64,000 nucleotides of DNA from Phallusia mammillata (taxonomy: Eukaryota), in assembly GCA_965637545.1 (NCBI GenBank), contig OZ281494.1, positions 7,564,001 to 7,628,000 on the forward strand, read 5' to 3'. Positions 52,601 through 64,000 of the stretch are shown piece after piece. Each line of letters opens with the position of its first letter. Within the stretch, counting starts at the first letter, position 1. Both the position numbers and the translations under genes were made by a program. The notes under the pieces are model-generated. The model ran no database searches and was not told the origin of the DNA. It saw only the letters and a list, made by a program, of their open reading frames with translations.

Positions 52601-55600
52601 ATAAGTGGTTCGAGTTTTTTATGCAAGATATCCCTAATCACAATAATTCGATAGCTTTGCCAATTTGAAAGAGTCTGTTTACAGACATACTAAATGATAC
52701 TGTACATGATAAATGACATTTTAATGTGACCGTTTTAACATTCGACACCTAAATAACTTTGCCAGAACTGACGCCGGTTTACTATGCTCACAAGTTCAAA
52801 CGACCGGAATTAGTAGCTTTAAAGCGGGTCGCAAGCGGATAAACTAGATCCAAGCTTGCATGTTGCCCCAATGGTTAGACATGGACCATTGCACTCGGAA
52901 ACTACTGTCTATCTCCACTTAAACCGTTTGCCACCCGAAATAGTCCTCTGTGGGGCTTTGTAAACCCCGTATAAGCTGCATAAGGCGCTTGAAAATCCGA
53001 AACACGTGCTCTATGATGTCACAGACAGTCGGCGGTCTGAAATCATGTTTAAAAGAACTTCCCAGGTGGAACAATATTTGCGACCATTGACATATAGGAG
53101 CGATAATTGCCTACGCGATACAAGATCATTTGGACAGTGAAGCGATTAGCGGCTACAGCAAACACTCCAAGCGGGCTTTGTTTAAACGCGTTCGAAATCG
53201 GATAATTACCGCATTGTCACCGAACAATCGCCGATTGTGCAGTCAACGCCTATAGCTATTAAATCGATATTTGCCTATTGCGGTCGAGGGGAAGATGTTA
53301 TCTGTTCGCAGCAGGGGCCGTTTTAATGGGGAGAATCGAAATAATGCTGGGTTTCGGGATTTACTTATCCTACTTGAAAACTGCGTGGTTGTCTTTAGTG
53401 TGGTTTTGAAGCAGATTCATGTACTTAATCCTCCCAAGAGACCAGTAATATGTTTACATAAACCGTTGCTACCAGGCATACTATATATAAGCTGTTTGTA
53501 CGAATAATATCTTTCTTTGAGCAGCATTCTATTTGATCAGTTCAAAAAAAATTTCCAAATGATTTAATTTTAGTATTTTTGTACATATTTCTTGATATTT
53601 TGCAATACTATAGTCAAACTAACTTACGAAAATGTCGTCCAGAATCTTGAATTGAAACACAAAGCTGACGAGTCGCTTAACAACTTTTGTCGCTGGCAAT
53701 CTGGCCTCAACTACACTGACGGAAGACGGCCTGACCACTCCATCCTTCTTACGGGCATCGACATCTGCGTGAACAAAAACAGCCCATGTGAAACACTAGG
53801 TATATTAATTTCAGTTGAATAGACAAAAGTTGAATGTATTTCTTAAACTTTTACCACATTTGTTTGTTTGAACTTAAAGAGCTTAAACTGCGCTATACCT
53901 AGGTTTTTTTGAGCGTCGATGTACCTATATGTTGTAAACCCCAAAAAGTGGTGGGCAAAACAGTGGACAAATATAATACAATCATCATTCAATTGTTCAC
54001 CCGAATATACCGAAGCAAATGAATTCATGTAAATCGTGGGCTGTAAAAATAGGTTTGCGCTTTAGAACAGTACGCAACCAACTCTATTGGAAATTACGTG
54101 TTACTCTGACCTCATAACACAATAATAGAATTTCTCACGTATATTGCTGCGTTCGTGTGCAATAAATCTCGGGAAAAGGCGTTGACTCCTACATTCGTGC
54201 TGCCGATAATGATTCGCACAAAACAGGCCAAATCAATTTGTTTCCACCGCATATTTTGAGTAAAGCGCCGTGATTTGGAACGCTGCAATAAACCGCCAAC
54301 GCAGCCTCCCTTCTAAATGCCATCGATCGTCCAGACTTAGCACGTCGAATTGATTTTGAACTTGAGGAAACCAACGGCAAGAGCGACCGCTGTGCACACC
54401 GGGAGGCAATTGCCCGAACGAAAAGCCCTAGCCGCTCTCCTGTGTAAGGAATGCTGGCAAACGTTGAAAGAAAGCCACGTTGTTAACCATTAAAGACGCT
54501 TGGATCCACACGCTATAGGCTGTAGACTTGCAATTGACATCCGTGTACCGTGTACAGAACGTAGACGAATCTGTGTTATGTGTTGGCAGGTCTGGCTCAA
54601 ATTGGAGGCATGTGCTCGTACCGAGACAGCTGCACCATCAATGAGGACATGGGATTGGGATTGGCCTTCACCGTCGCACACGAAACTGGTCACAGGTAGG
54701 CCATATGACTTCAATGCAATTACGCCAGCGATGGCTCGCTCCAAGGCGCGCATACTTCCATAGCGAGCGTCAACGAATGAAATTACCCAGCCCTGCGTAT
54801 CATGTAGAACCAATAAACGATCCACTATGAGCCAGCTGTTATATCAACAAAGTCACAAACAAAGTTACTCGCTTTTTGCGCACTTCAAGGCTACCAAGGC
54901 TTTGAACGGAGCCCTAGTGTTGCCATCACTTAGAAACGCAAGGGTCCTTCACTACTTCTTGAATATTTTGCGGCACCAAGACCACAAAGGCGCCGCACTG
55001 TATAAGTTAAACCCTCGCTATACTTTTGAAGATATTACATTGTTTACGAACGGTGCATTGCCACTTTTAATACTCGCTTCGCAAATTATAAAACTTGTTT
55101 TTTAGCGGGCAGATATAATTCTGATAAGGGACATAATGTAGGAGTTTTATCCAAAGGTGCATTATTGGGGAGAATGGATTTAGATAATGTGAAAAATAAA
55201 CAAGTGTATTTGCCCCTAACATTTTGCCAGTATTGAGAACAGCTCGGCACACACGTTTAGCAAAAAAGATGTTGTCTTACCAAAACCACTGTTGCTTCCA
55301 AGGGGCGGCATCCAATGTGCTCCAATAGGGAGAAACTATTTCCTAAAGATCCCATCGCTTGCAGACGCTTAGGTTATGACAGATTCGATTGCCTCTGAAA
55401 AGCCTCACCGAATCACACGTATCCGTTTTGCTATTAATCGCACAGTGTAGTTGTTAGGCTTCCGTTGGCCCATGACCGGTTCCTTTCACGGCACGAGCAC
55501 CGTTTCCGTACGTAGGGCGAGGCTAAGTAGGGATTTTCATCCACCAGTGAAAGTGAAGGGGCAATCCGGATGGGATGGTCTCACTTTCATGTGGTAGACG

Positions 55601-58600
55601 TTACGGAACATTTGCGACTTTAGGATTTGTATCCATCCCCGCGTCACCTTGGCTCGCGTCAGCCAGTGCTTCAAGGCACATACCCCCGAAATATTCCTTC
55701 CGTGGTGATCTTTGCACTTTTTGACGCCCCTGTTATGGTAATGGCCCCAAACGAAGGCTTTTTATAGTCAGAATAATCGCTTAACTGGCAAAACGGGTAA
55801 AGTACTCTACAGACAAGACTCACTGGAACGCTCATTGAAAATCTACAGTCAAAGTGACATGCATCAGTTAAAGAGCGTAGTGGGTCAGTGACCATGTGGG
55901 GCAAGATGCTCTGATTAATGGAAAGATATATTGGTGAAAAACTGACACCAGGCCCGTGTACAGTGCTTGGCAGGTTGCACCATTCGACACTTAGCTTTTT
56001 GGATTACTCAGCAAACTGTGTGAAGGTTTTCAAGTAATATAACTACCTTATTTGACGATAATGCGGCTTCTGTCGTTTGCAGTGAAGAGTGCATGTGGTT
56101 TTTGCATGGACATGATCGTGTGTGGTACGACATGTATTTTTTGCCGCACGTGCTTGGACTATAAAGGCCGGTCCTTGTCTTTGATGTTGAACATCATTCA
56201 TTAAGCCTAATCCCTCGATCCTTACAGCGCCCGGTAACCATGACCCAAAGGCTTTCAATTTTTCGCGGTGTAGCTGCTCCGTCAAAGGGGAGGTTAAGTC
56301 GTAACCTATGTCGTGCGATTCCACAATCGTTCAGCCGTCCTTTGTCCGCTTGTCATTTGCGCCGCTTCAAATGTGATTTTGAACGTATAACCGACTTAGA
56401 CCCCGTGAAAAGTTCCGTAATCCGAGTGTTTGTTGTTAATACGTGATAGCGCCGCCGATGTTTGCTCATTTTTTACGCGGGGTCTTTTTCAAAGCGTTTG
56501 ATCCTTAGCTATTTGTAGGGGCGCAGCATTGAATTGCCAGCTCTGTGGGCAATCGAAACATCATCAAACTGTTCAATGTTCCCAAACCGCGACTCGACTA
56601 TACCGAGACTTCCTTAGGAAAACAACAATACATCGGTCCCAGCCCTTGTTCACAAATCATGACCTTTGAACCGAAGTGTGTGCTGTAAAAATAACACCTC
56701 GTACCCATTACAAGTAACTTCACTCCTAAAGACTTGTTTTCATTTCCACAGCTTTGGTATGAAGCACGACGGGCAAGGCAATGTTTGCAGCCGACGAGAT
56801 GGCCACATTATGTCACCCACTCTCAACGGCCTGAACGGGGTCTTCACGTGGTCTTCGTGCAGCCGTGAGTCCATATCCAACTTCCTCAGGTAATAACCGC
56901 TCGTGCTGTGCAGGAAATCCATACAGTTCTGGGTAAATGGATTTTGTTTACGCACTTCAACGAGCCAGTGTTGATGGATATACACTTGGACTGTTCTTTC
57001 GCTTTTCAAGGGCTTGTGTTTTTAACGCAGAAAGGGCGGCTATAGCGGTTGCTTTGAAACCCAAGCCGCAGTTTCCTCATCCAAACTCGACTCTATACCA
57101 TAAACAACACAATTAAGTCGTCTTGAGTATGATTTTCTCGCTCGATAAAGCGTGAAAATCACAAATCGAGAGCCGGTTTCAGTCTCTTCAAATCGACAGC
57201 GACCTTTTCGCAGTTACGACACGCGCCAACTGTAGAAACGTCCTGTCACGGTATATCGAGTTCGGGTGAACTTCTCTTTGCAACAAAACCCGACCGAGGC
57301 ACTTCAGTGAGACAAAGCGTGCATCTTAAGCCCGCCACTGTTCACTGCCAAAGTGTTTCCCCATTCTCGACCTCGCTACAGAAAAGAGATTACGTCATTT
57401 TTATTGACGCCTAGGTTAGAATTGTAAAGATGGTAAATTCAAAATAGAAACAAGATACGTATTGATATAGCAATAGAACGGACGCATTGATATCAATGTC
57501 ACATTGTAAAACTTAATATAGCTCTTAAGGCAATTGTATCTTGCGTAGGACTTCCTATTCAAATTGCCTTTATTATCAGTGAGGTCATAGGACATCGGTA
57601 TGCAAATTACATGCCAGTTTAATAAGATGTACAAATTGGATTAAAATGTCATTCTAGCGTTGCCATGTATACCTGCGTTTGACATGACGCCCTAAAACTG
57701 AAAATAGGTACTATACAATTTACCTAAACGATATTTCGTGGTAACTATATTTCAAGCATTACTATACTATTAACCAATAATATTCCTAATGTTTGATTTA
57801 ATCCTAGAATGTAGAATTTGAGTTCACATTTATTTTTTGTCACAGGGGTCCGATTTCGACGTGTTTAGATGATCAGCCCGCTCCGGTTAGCAATCTAGAC
57901 TACCCGGATCAGCTACCCGGTGAGATCTACAACGCCGCTTCGCAATGTCAATGGCAATTCGGAATCGAAGCCAGCACCTGCGCGTTCCGATATCAACATT
58001 CTCAGGTAACCGCTCGAATTGCTTGTTTACCCTGGAATGTGCGTTGCTTGCGAACTCAGATAAACAACCGTCTGTTTGACGTACAGCGGTGTCTGCTGAT
58101 AAGACTACCAAAACAAAATCGCAATCTATGCATTCCCCAGCGTTCCACGGGAGTTACTAACTGTCCGCGTAGACCACCTAAGCCGCCACATGCATAGTTT
58201 TATCACAGAACACCGTCGCAATTTTGGTTGAAGCAGGTTTTGAACGGCTTATAAGCTTCTGCCTGTCCAAATATTTATAGGCGCCTTTGTCGAGGACATT
58301 TGCTTTTGCTCCAAACCGGCGTTTATTTGGGATTTAATAAACCGGTCCGCCATTGATCGAATGCTGTTTACACAAACCGATAAGGGCTTACTGAGGGATT
58401 GCACCCGACGAAAGGTGATTAATGGGATTCGAAACGGTTTTATTGTCCGGGCTGCCCGCAGGTTCGCTTCGGTCTCAACTTAGAAGCCAAAATTGAAAGC
58501 TTGAAGATACACGAGTTGAGATGATTTACAGAGCAAGGTCAAACCAAAGTCGTTTGTTGTAAGGCGCCGGTCTAAATATTTGTGAATTGAAATATCCCTC

Positions 58601-61600
58601 CATGATAAACCGGTCTCCCCCACCCCCGGTGGTCACTTTTACCGCACACGAACGCTTTGAACGCCGCCAGATCAGCAGGACACGAATATTTGCAACACCT
58701 GTGTAAATTGGATTTAGCAGTAAGCGTGAGATTAATGTTTGTGGCGTAGACAAGATCTAATGCCAAATTGTGAGCTTGTGGGTTGTGTATACTAAATGAA
58801 CTTGTGCAATGGTATTTAGGCTTCCATCACTTAAATGAGTATATATATAAAACGCTTTATTTTGTTTTACACTATGCAATTAAACACGCTTTCACGCACA
58901 AATAAAAAAAAAGAAATACCAAGCAATTTTTCAGTTGAGAAAAAATGTACTTTTTTCTACTTACGCTTATCAGCAAATGGGATTTTTTGACAAGGTAAAT
59001 AAAGTTCATACTGCTATTACTAGACATGGTGGAAAAAACGTCCAAAAACGTTGACCGAACTGTGTAGTCTGATAACACTCTACTGTGTAAAGTTACTTAT
59101 AATCGGTATACGATCTCAATTGAGCGTGTGATTGGATTTAGCCGTCAATGAGCCGAAGGTATTGACTTTCAATCGCAGTTACATGACCTCTTGCATATTC
59201 GTTTACAGACAAGCATGTGCAAAGTTCTCTGGTGTCAACGACGCGGAAGTAGCGTCTGCGAAACTAAATACATGCCAGCAGCTGAAGGGACGCCCTGTGG
59301 AACCAATCAGGTATGTTTGATCAGAAAGTGTAAAATACATTACTTTGTGTGTATCTTTGAATTGGTGTTCCTTGGTATGTTCGCTTATGTGGCTAAATTT
59401 TTGGAACCTAATCTAAGTGACCTGTTGTAAATTTCGCTTTGGCGTTTAACGTATAGGCCTAGTCATTTAAACAAATTTGTAGCTCTTCCAACGGTTTTTA
59501 TTGTAATATGGCGACTATTCGATGGCCTATACCAGACACCTTCATCAGGGCAATGACATAAATTGATAAGAAGTCGTTATGTAGCAACAAATGCGATGAA
59601 ACACCCAAAAACGCAGTGGTAGCAAGCTCGTGTGCACCAATGGACGACTTGATTGGGTTAAAGCGAGAACGTTGATAGCAAATGTAAAATGAAGTAAACG
59701 CACAATTTCGACTGCCAATATAAATACGATTGTGTGACAAAATTTGTTCATTTTCCGCAACTGTTCAAAAATATTTTCAAACCTGTGTGCAACATAGCAA
59801 CCATAGTAAAGATCCCCCATAACGCGTTATGCATCCGTCGGCGCGGCACGCCATACCACGAAAGACCTCCTTGTGAAAATAAGCAGATAGCAGCCGCAAG
59901 AGTGAATACCGACAGCTGCAAATTACATGCGCCAAATTCCAGCAATACTTCGAAATTTTCTCTGACTTTGCCGAGACATCAGAACGTGCATCGACAATTT
60001 CTGTGCTTTATCGTTCAAATACTGTTTCCTTGTTGCTGTTACGTGTGCCAGTTTGTTGAGAGTTCACACGCCTTTTTGCGAGTTGTGTCGCTTTTGGTCT
60101 TAATTTTGTGGTCTCGTTTGAGTGTATCACCTCCGTAAACTGTACGGTCCTCAGAACACACAAATGTAGCAGTTCCTGCCGCACGGTTTAATAGCCTAGT
60201 TCAAGGCTAAAGATAATAACGCGCATATTGTGTGCTTGGACATTTTTGAATGCACATTTCATTGCCACGTCAAATGGTCGGGCCAAAATTACAAGAGAAT
60301 TTCGCCTAAATAATGAATGGCATCATAAGTTTTTGTTTTAATAGAGTCTGATTCTGTTAAGATGAACGTTAATTCTTAACTGTAATCAGCCCTGATGCGT
60401 TCATGTAAACCAGCGATCACAGCACCCTAATGTATAAACCACAGTACGCCAGGCCCATTGAAGGCATGATACCGAATCACCCGGTCACCAAGCATTCCCA
60501 TATGGCAAGGCATAGGCTAAAAAGCCTGATTGCATTTGAACAAGGAAATTTAACATATGTGCAAAATCATCTATAGTTTGTGAATAAACATACGCATACC
60601 GATTTAAGTTAGTTTGTTGAAATACTGCAGCTGCAATAATTACCACGTTCATGCTTTTGGCAGTGGTGCAGACGTGGTACTTGTGTTGAACACGGAAGTC
60701 CAGGACCGGATGCCGTTGATGGTAATTGGGGAGAATACGGACACTGGTCGTCATGCACGCGTACCTGTGGTGGCGGCGTTCAATTCCGAAAACGGTCATG
60801 TGACAACCCCCGTCCTCAGTATGGTGGAAGACACTGTGACGGAGAAAATAAGATCTACCAGATGTGCAACACAAGGGTAGGCACTAATGAAGCTTTCATA
60901 TATTTGTAACACAGGCAGATATTTTCTTTTGCTTTTTGTGGTGTTTTTTTCTTGAGAGGATGTGAAAATGCAACCTTTCATGTATTTACATGCATGGTAT
61001 TGGCATACGACAGTTGACCATGTTTGGTCGATGTATAATATACTTGAGCCATTTAATTTGCTAGCAAGATGAACTTTATATTACAGCAAGTTTACATTTA
61101 CAATTTTCCTTTGGGTACATTTACAATTTTTCCGTATTTACAGACCTGTCCGCCTTCTCAAATCGACTTTCGGTCACAACAATGCGCAGAATTCAACAAG
61201 AAACCGTACAGAAGGCAATATTTTACTTGGGTCCCTTTCACAAAATTTTCCAGTTTCAGTAAGTACTGATACAACGCAATGTGTATCTGAGAGTGTATAA
61301 TTCAACTAAAAAAAATAAAGTGCCTTTGGGTCATGGTATAAACTCGGGCTTATCATATATAGGTCGAGGAAAATGCGAACTTCTGTGCAAAGCTGAGGGC
61401 TACGATTTCTTTGATATGCTTGCCGACCAAGTAGCAGACGGAACACCCTGCGATGCTACCTCATCTGATGTCTGCATCGAAGGAAAATGTCAGGTTAGTA
61501 TTACCATCTAATATATAGTTAAACCGCAAGTTTGAAAGGACATTTCAAAGTCGCAAAAGGCTCTGACATGTTTTATGCATCGGTTTTAATTGGTAGCCTA

Positions 61601-63411
61601 CAAAGAGAATGGCATAAAAAATCTTCTTACCAGTTAGCTGAAATGAATACATTCATAGCCGGGACCCGCCCCGAAGCGTCCATACAGACAAGCGATCACG
61701 GCATACTCATGGCTCATACACATATGATAGTAGACTACGCCAACACTTGCCTATTAAGGGCGTTATACCGAATCAAGTCGGTATCCCAAGCATTTCCATA
61801 TGACGAGCACAGGCCAGAAAAATCTAGCTTGCGGCGGGATTCGAACCCACGACAACAGTCTTTCAGGGACTCTGGAAAAACTCATCAAAATAATGTGCGT
61901 TTTGATAGGCCTACTCTATAGGTGTACCAATATGCAGTAACTAGTATCAGAAAAAAAGTCAATATTTTACTTGAAACATTACAGCACGTTGGATGTGACT
62001 ATGTACTGGGCTCCAACGCAACTTATGATGCGTGTGGAGTATGCAACGGAGACAACAGTACGTGTCAAACTGTAGATGGTTCCTACAATGACCGCGTTCG
62101 TGATAGTGGTAAGTAAAATAGAATGAATTCCATTGTTTTAACGAGAAAAACAATTTTGTGTGTACGACTGTTCGTGGGCGAGCTGTTTTTAATAACGTTC
62201 CATTCGTTTGCAGGTTATTACCAAGTTGTTCGAATTCCACGTGGTGCGCGAAGTATTCGAATTTCTGAGCAACGTTGCTGTACACACAGTTATATTGCTG
62301 TGCGTAATGCCAACAACAAACACAGGTAAATATACAATTTAGACAAGATTTTAATACATATTTGCTGTTTTATTAAAAAGTGGGTGTAGTTTAGGTCTAC
62401 AGTAGCAGTCAAAAACTTTTTCATATCTGGCATAATATATCATCAGGATTTCCATACCACACTCATATAAATGTTACAAGGTTAAATTTGTGTTTACATC
62501 ATTCCATACTTGCTTTTTTGTATGTTAGCAATAATAATGGCACGAATTACTAAAAAAAAATGCTTTTTAAATTGCTTTCTACCTGGTTTTAATTTTTGAT
62601 AATTATCGACTTTTGAAACATATGTTTGCTAATTTTGTTCAGATATTACCTAAACGGAGGTTGGCGGATCGATTTATCCGGTGAAACAACTTTCGTCGGT
62701 GCGAAGTGGACTTACGAACGAAAAGCATTCCACCCAGAAACACTGACCACAAGAGGTCCAATCGACACCGACATCGTTATCGAGGTAAGCCAATGAACAA
62801 TAGCCATACGTCTGCTATATAAACGCTACATTCGCCAGTTATCGTCGTCTCCCAGGTGGTCTAGTGGTTAGGATTCGTGGCTCTCACCCACGCGGCCCGG
62901 GTTCGATTCCCGGTCTGGGAACCTCTTTTGTTCGCGTTTTTTGATTTTTAAAACAAATTTATGTTACAGTTAAAGAACAATTTTAAGGCGAATAATAAAA
63001 TATTTTCTGTTTGATTCTTAAAAACTAGTTTTTAGGCGTTTTTCCATGTTTTAAAGCGAAATATTAAAAAATCCACATCTTGTAGCCGACGCCCTTTTTG
63101 TTCCAAATTTTAAGCGTTTATGTATGTTTTGAAGAGAAATAATAAATTCACATTTTATTTGCACCATAAAATTGAAGTTTTAGACTTTCATGGAACATCG
63201 TATTTTTGACTTTGGTACTTCAGTAACTTACTTTATTTATGTTTTCAGATTTTGGTGGTTGCAAGAAATCCTGGTGTCACATATTCCTACACACTTCCAG
63301 TTATTGACAACCGTATTCCAGATCTTCGCGTCGGAAAACCTGTGACTATAAACCGATACCAATATCAGTGGGAAGTCAATTACAGCGAGTGTTCAAAATC
63401 CTGTGCCGGAG
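31618..63411 (+). CDS. ADAMTS18: ADAMTS16/18-like secreted metalloprotease with thrombospondin repeats (3' partial, continues past the window)
   Basis: GT-AG exons are 31618-31704, 33905-33998, 38375-38736, 43663-43825, 49434-49738, 52406-52489, 53643-53799, 54590-54695, 56752-56889, 57846-58005, 59209-59310, 60664-60876, 61144-61258, 61363-61493, 61985-62108, 62214-62325, 62643-62784 and 63249-63411, with consistent phases. Motifs include a signal peptide ([15 protein letters not shown]), PHVLYKR and HYCGKKR in the prodomain, furin site [15 protein letters not shown], Zn motif [30 protein letters not shown]1 [11 protein letters not shown], and Cys-rich and spacer domains. These fit the ADAMTS16/18 clade, so the symbol stands for the 16/18 co-orthologue. 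Confidence 0.93.
32247..32369. repeat. Long imperfect inverted repeat (52-bp arms, 19-nt spacer)
   Basis: 32247-32298 is the reverse complement of 32318-32369 with 5 mismatches. TA occurs at both outer ends. Confidence 0.9.
32306..32345 (+). ncRNA. Penelope-type ultra-minimal hammerhead-like motif with A9G core change, inside a long hairpin
   Basis: UGCA-CUGAUGG-C-GACAA(CAGCGA)UUGUU-GAAA-CG-UC^UGUA. It has a 4-bp stem I, a 5-bp stem II and an ACGU palindromic helix III, which is the layout of dimer-cleaving PLE hammerheads. Confidence 0.6.
34880..35400. repeat. Degenerate tandem repeat of about 130 bp x4
   Basis: A TTCCTT..T.AA(A/G)TAGAATC-like block, followed by AAAACAAA..AGTCAGTTCT and CGAGAAA motifs, recurs at about 34921, 35052, 35181 and 35298. 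Confidence 0.55.
45359..45796. mobile_element. Nested pair of hAT (Charlie/MER5-like TIR) MITEs
   Basis: The outer element runs CAGTGGTTCTCAAC (45359) to GTTGAGAACCACTG (45796). The inner element runs CAGTGGTTCTCAAC (45384) to GTTGAGAACCAC (45659) and is flanked by a TTTTAAC duplication. Confidence 0.8.
46302..46461. mobile_element. Tc1/mariner-type MITE built from about 20-bp internal repeats
   Basis: TA|CAGGATCGCTTTGTGCACCT ... AGGTGTACCAAGCGATCCAG|TA. The interior is repeated ATATCGCTT(T/G)GTGCACCTT units. Confidence 0.7.
47460..47497 (+). ncRNA. Penelope-type minimal hammerhead relic with G12U core change
   Basis: UUA-CUGAUGA-U-GGCA(UGAGCAUU)UGCC-UAAA-CG-UU^UAA. Stems I and II and the ACGU palindrome are present, but GAAA reads UAAA. 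Confidence 0.55.
48424..48473 (-). ncRNA. Type I minimal hammerhead ribozyme, second copy (ADAMTS intron 4, antisense to host)
   Basis: Identical to 7952-8001 except for one base in loop II (UUAUU vs UUAUA). The core is intact and predicted cleavage falls between 48430 and 48429. Confidence 0.9.
61816..61873 (-). mobile_element. tRNA-derived SINE head, same family as 10366-10447
   Basis: It shares a 35-nt block that includes the B-box. A weaker third copy lies at about 9160-9185, and GGCGTTATACCGAA(T/C)CAAGT is shared between about 61760 and 33536. Confidence 0.6.
62850..62921 (+). tRNA. tRNA-Glu (anticodon CTC), intronic in the ADAMTS gene
   Basis: 72-nt cloverleaf TCCCAGGTGGTCTAGTGGTTAGGATTCGTGGCTCTCACCCACGCGGCCCGGGTTCGATTCCCGGTCTGGGAA. 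The acceptor stem is TCCCAGG/TCTGGGA, the anticodon stem is CGTGG/CCACG with loop CTCTCAC, and the T-loop is GTTCGATTC. TATATAAA lies at 62816-62823 and oligo-T tracts follow directly downstream. Confidence 0.96.
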
Positions 63412-64000
63412 GTAAGTGTTGTAAATGGGAACAAATTAAAAAAAAGCATATCAGTTGCTATACACCGTATAGTGTTTACATCGTTGTCAAGTAGTTTAGG
63501 CCTACAATGCATGTAATATCATTAACGTATGATACAATTGGTTTGCAAGTAGGCCTAGGCTAAGCCTTTGTTTTTGGTAGATTTCTATTTCCGACAATAT
63601 AAGTGACTTTTTTACTATAAATAAGACACTAGAAAGTGTCGGGACTCACTGATAATGCTTTTTGACGTTTGAAAAAAGTTTCTGGTCTCATGTAATTCAA
63701 AAATTTGCACATAGACTACACCTTTAGTGATAGAGAACAGTTTTTTGGTTGGCCTTTATACCAGCAGGGGCCTTACAACAGAGGCTAACATCTGTAAGAA
63801 CAAAGCCCTAGTGGTTGTCTAACTTCACTGTTTAACATTTTTCACTTGACTTTCTCTTAACCTTTTTTTAAAAATAATGATGCAGCAAAAATTTCCCGAT
63901 GGCAATAAAAACATGGCGGCCCTTAATCTCCACGCGTGACTGGTTGTTGTAATAAGCTTCCATTGTTACGCTGTCTTGATTGTCGCTTTACACGCATCGT

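Noticed and set aside
59734-60138. 134-aa plus-strand ORF
   Set aside because: Intronic between well-defined ADAMTS exons, with a non-ATG start and no domain similarity that I recognise.
62415-62452. CTGATGA..GAAA on the minus strand as a hammerhead
   Set aside because: Stem II is AT-only, with no helix III palindrome and no stem I pairing, so it is likely chance.

Overview
AT-rich eukaryotic (metazoan) genomic DNA with spliceosomal genes. The gene structures are close to vertebrate ones in a compact genome, which suggests an invertebrate chordate such as an ascidian; this is inference only. There are three protein-coding genes, with exons I assembled by hand from splice sites and reading frame. 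(1) A SEPT7-type septin on the minus strand, running off the left edge. (2) A complete 17-exon ADAM10/Kuzbanian on the minus strand (758 aa) that includes an AT-AC (U12-type) intron. (3) Divergent from ADAM10, an ADAMTS16/18-like metalloprotease on the plus strand with 18 exons seen, running off the right edge. An intact tRNA-Glu(CTC) sits in an ADAMTS intron. Non-coding DNA carries hAT and Tc1/pogo-type MITEs, tRNA-derived SINE heads and tandem repeats. The most striking signal is a set of Penelope/retrozyme-type minimal hammerhead ribozyme motifs in introns: two with intact cores, two with a single core substitution and one decayed. Every copy that is sense to a host pre-mRNA has an upstream antisense arm covering the cleavage site, a core mutation, or both. 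The only intact unmasked copy is antisense to its host. No prokaryotic features and no CRISPR array were found. All analysis was by eye; no folding or database search was run.
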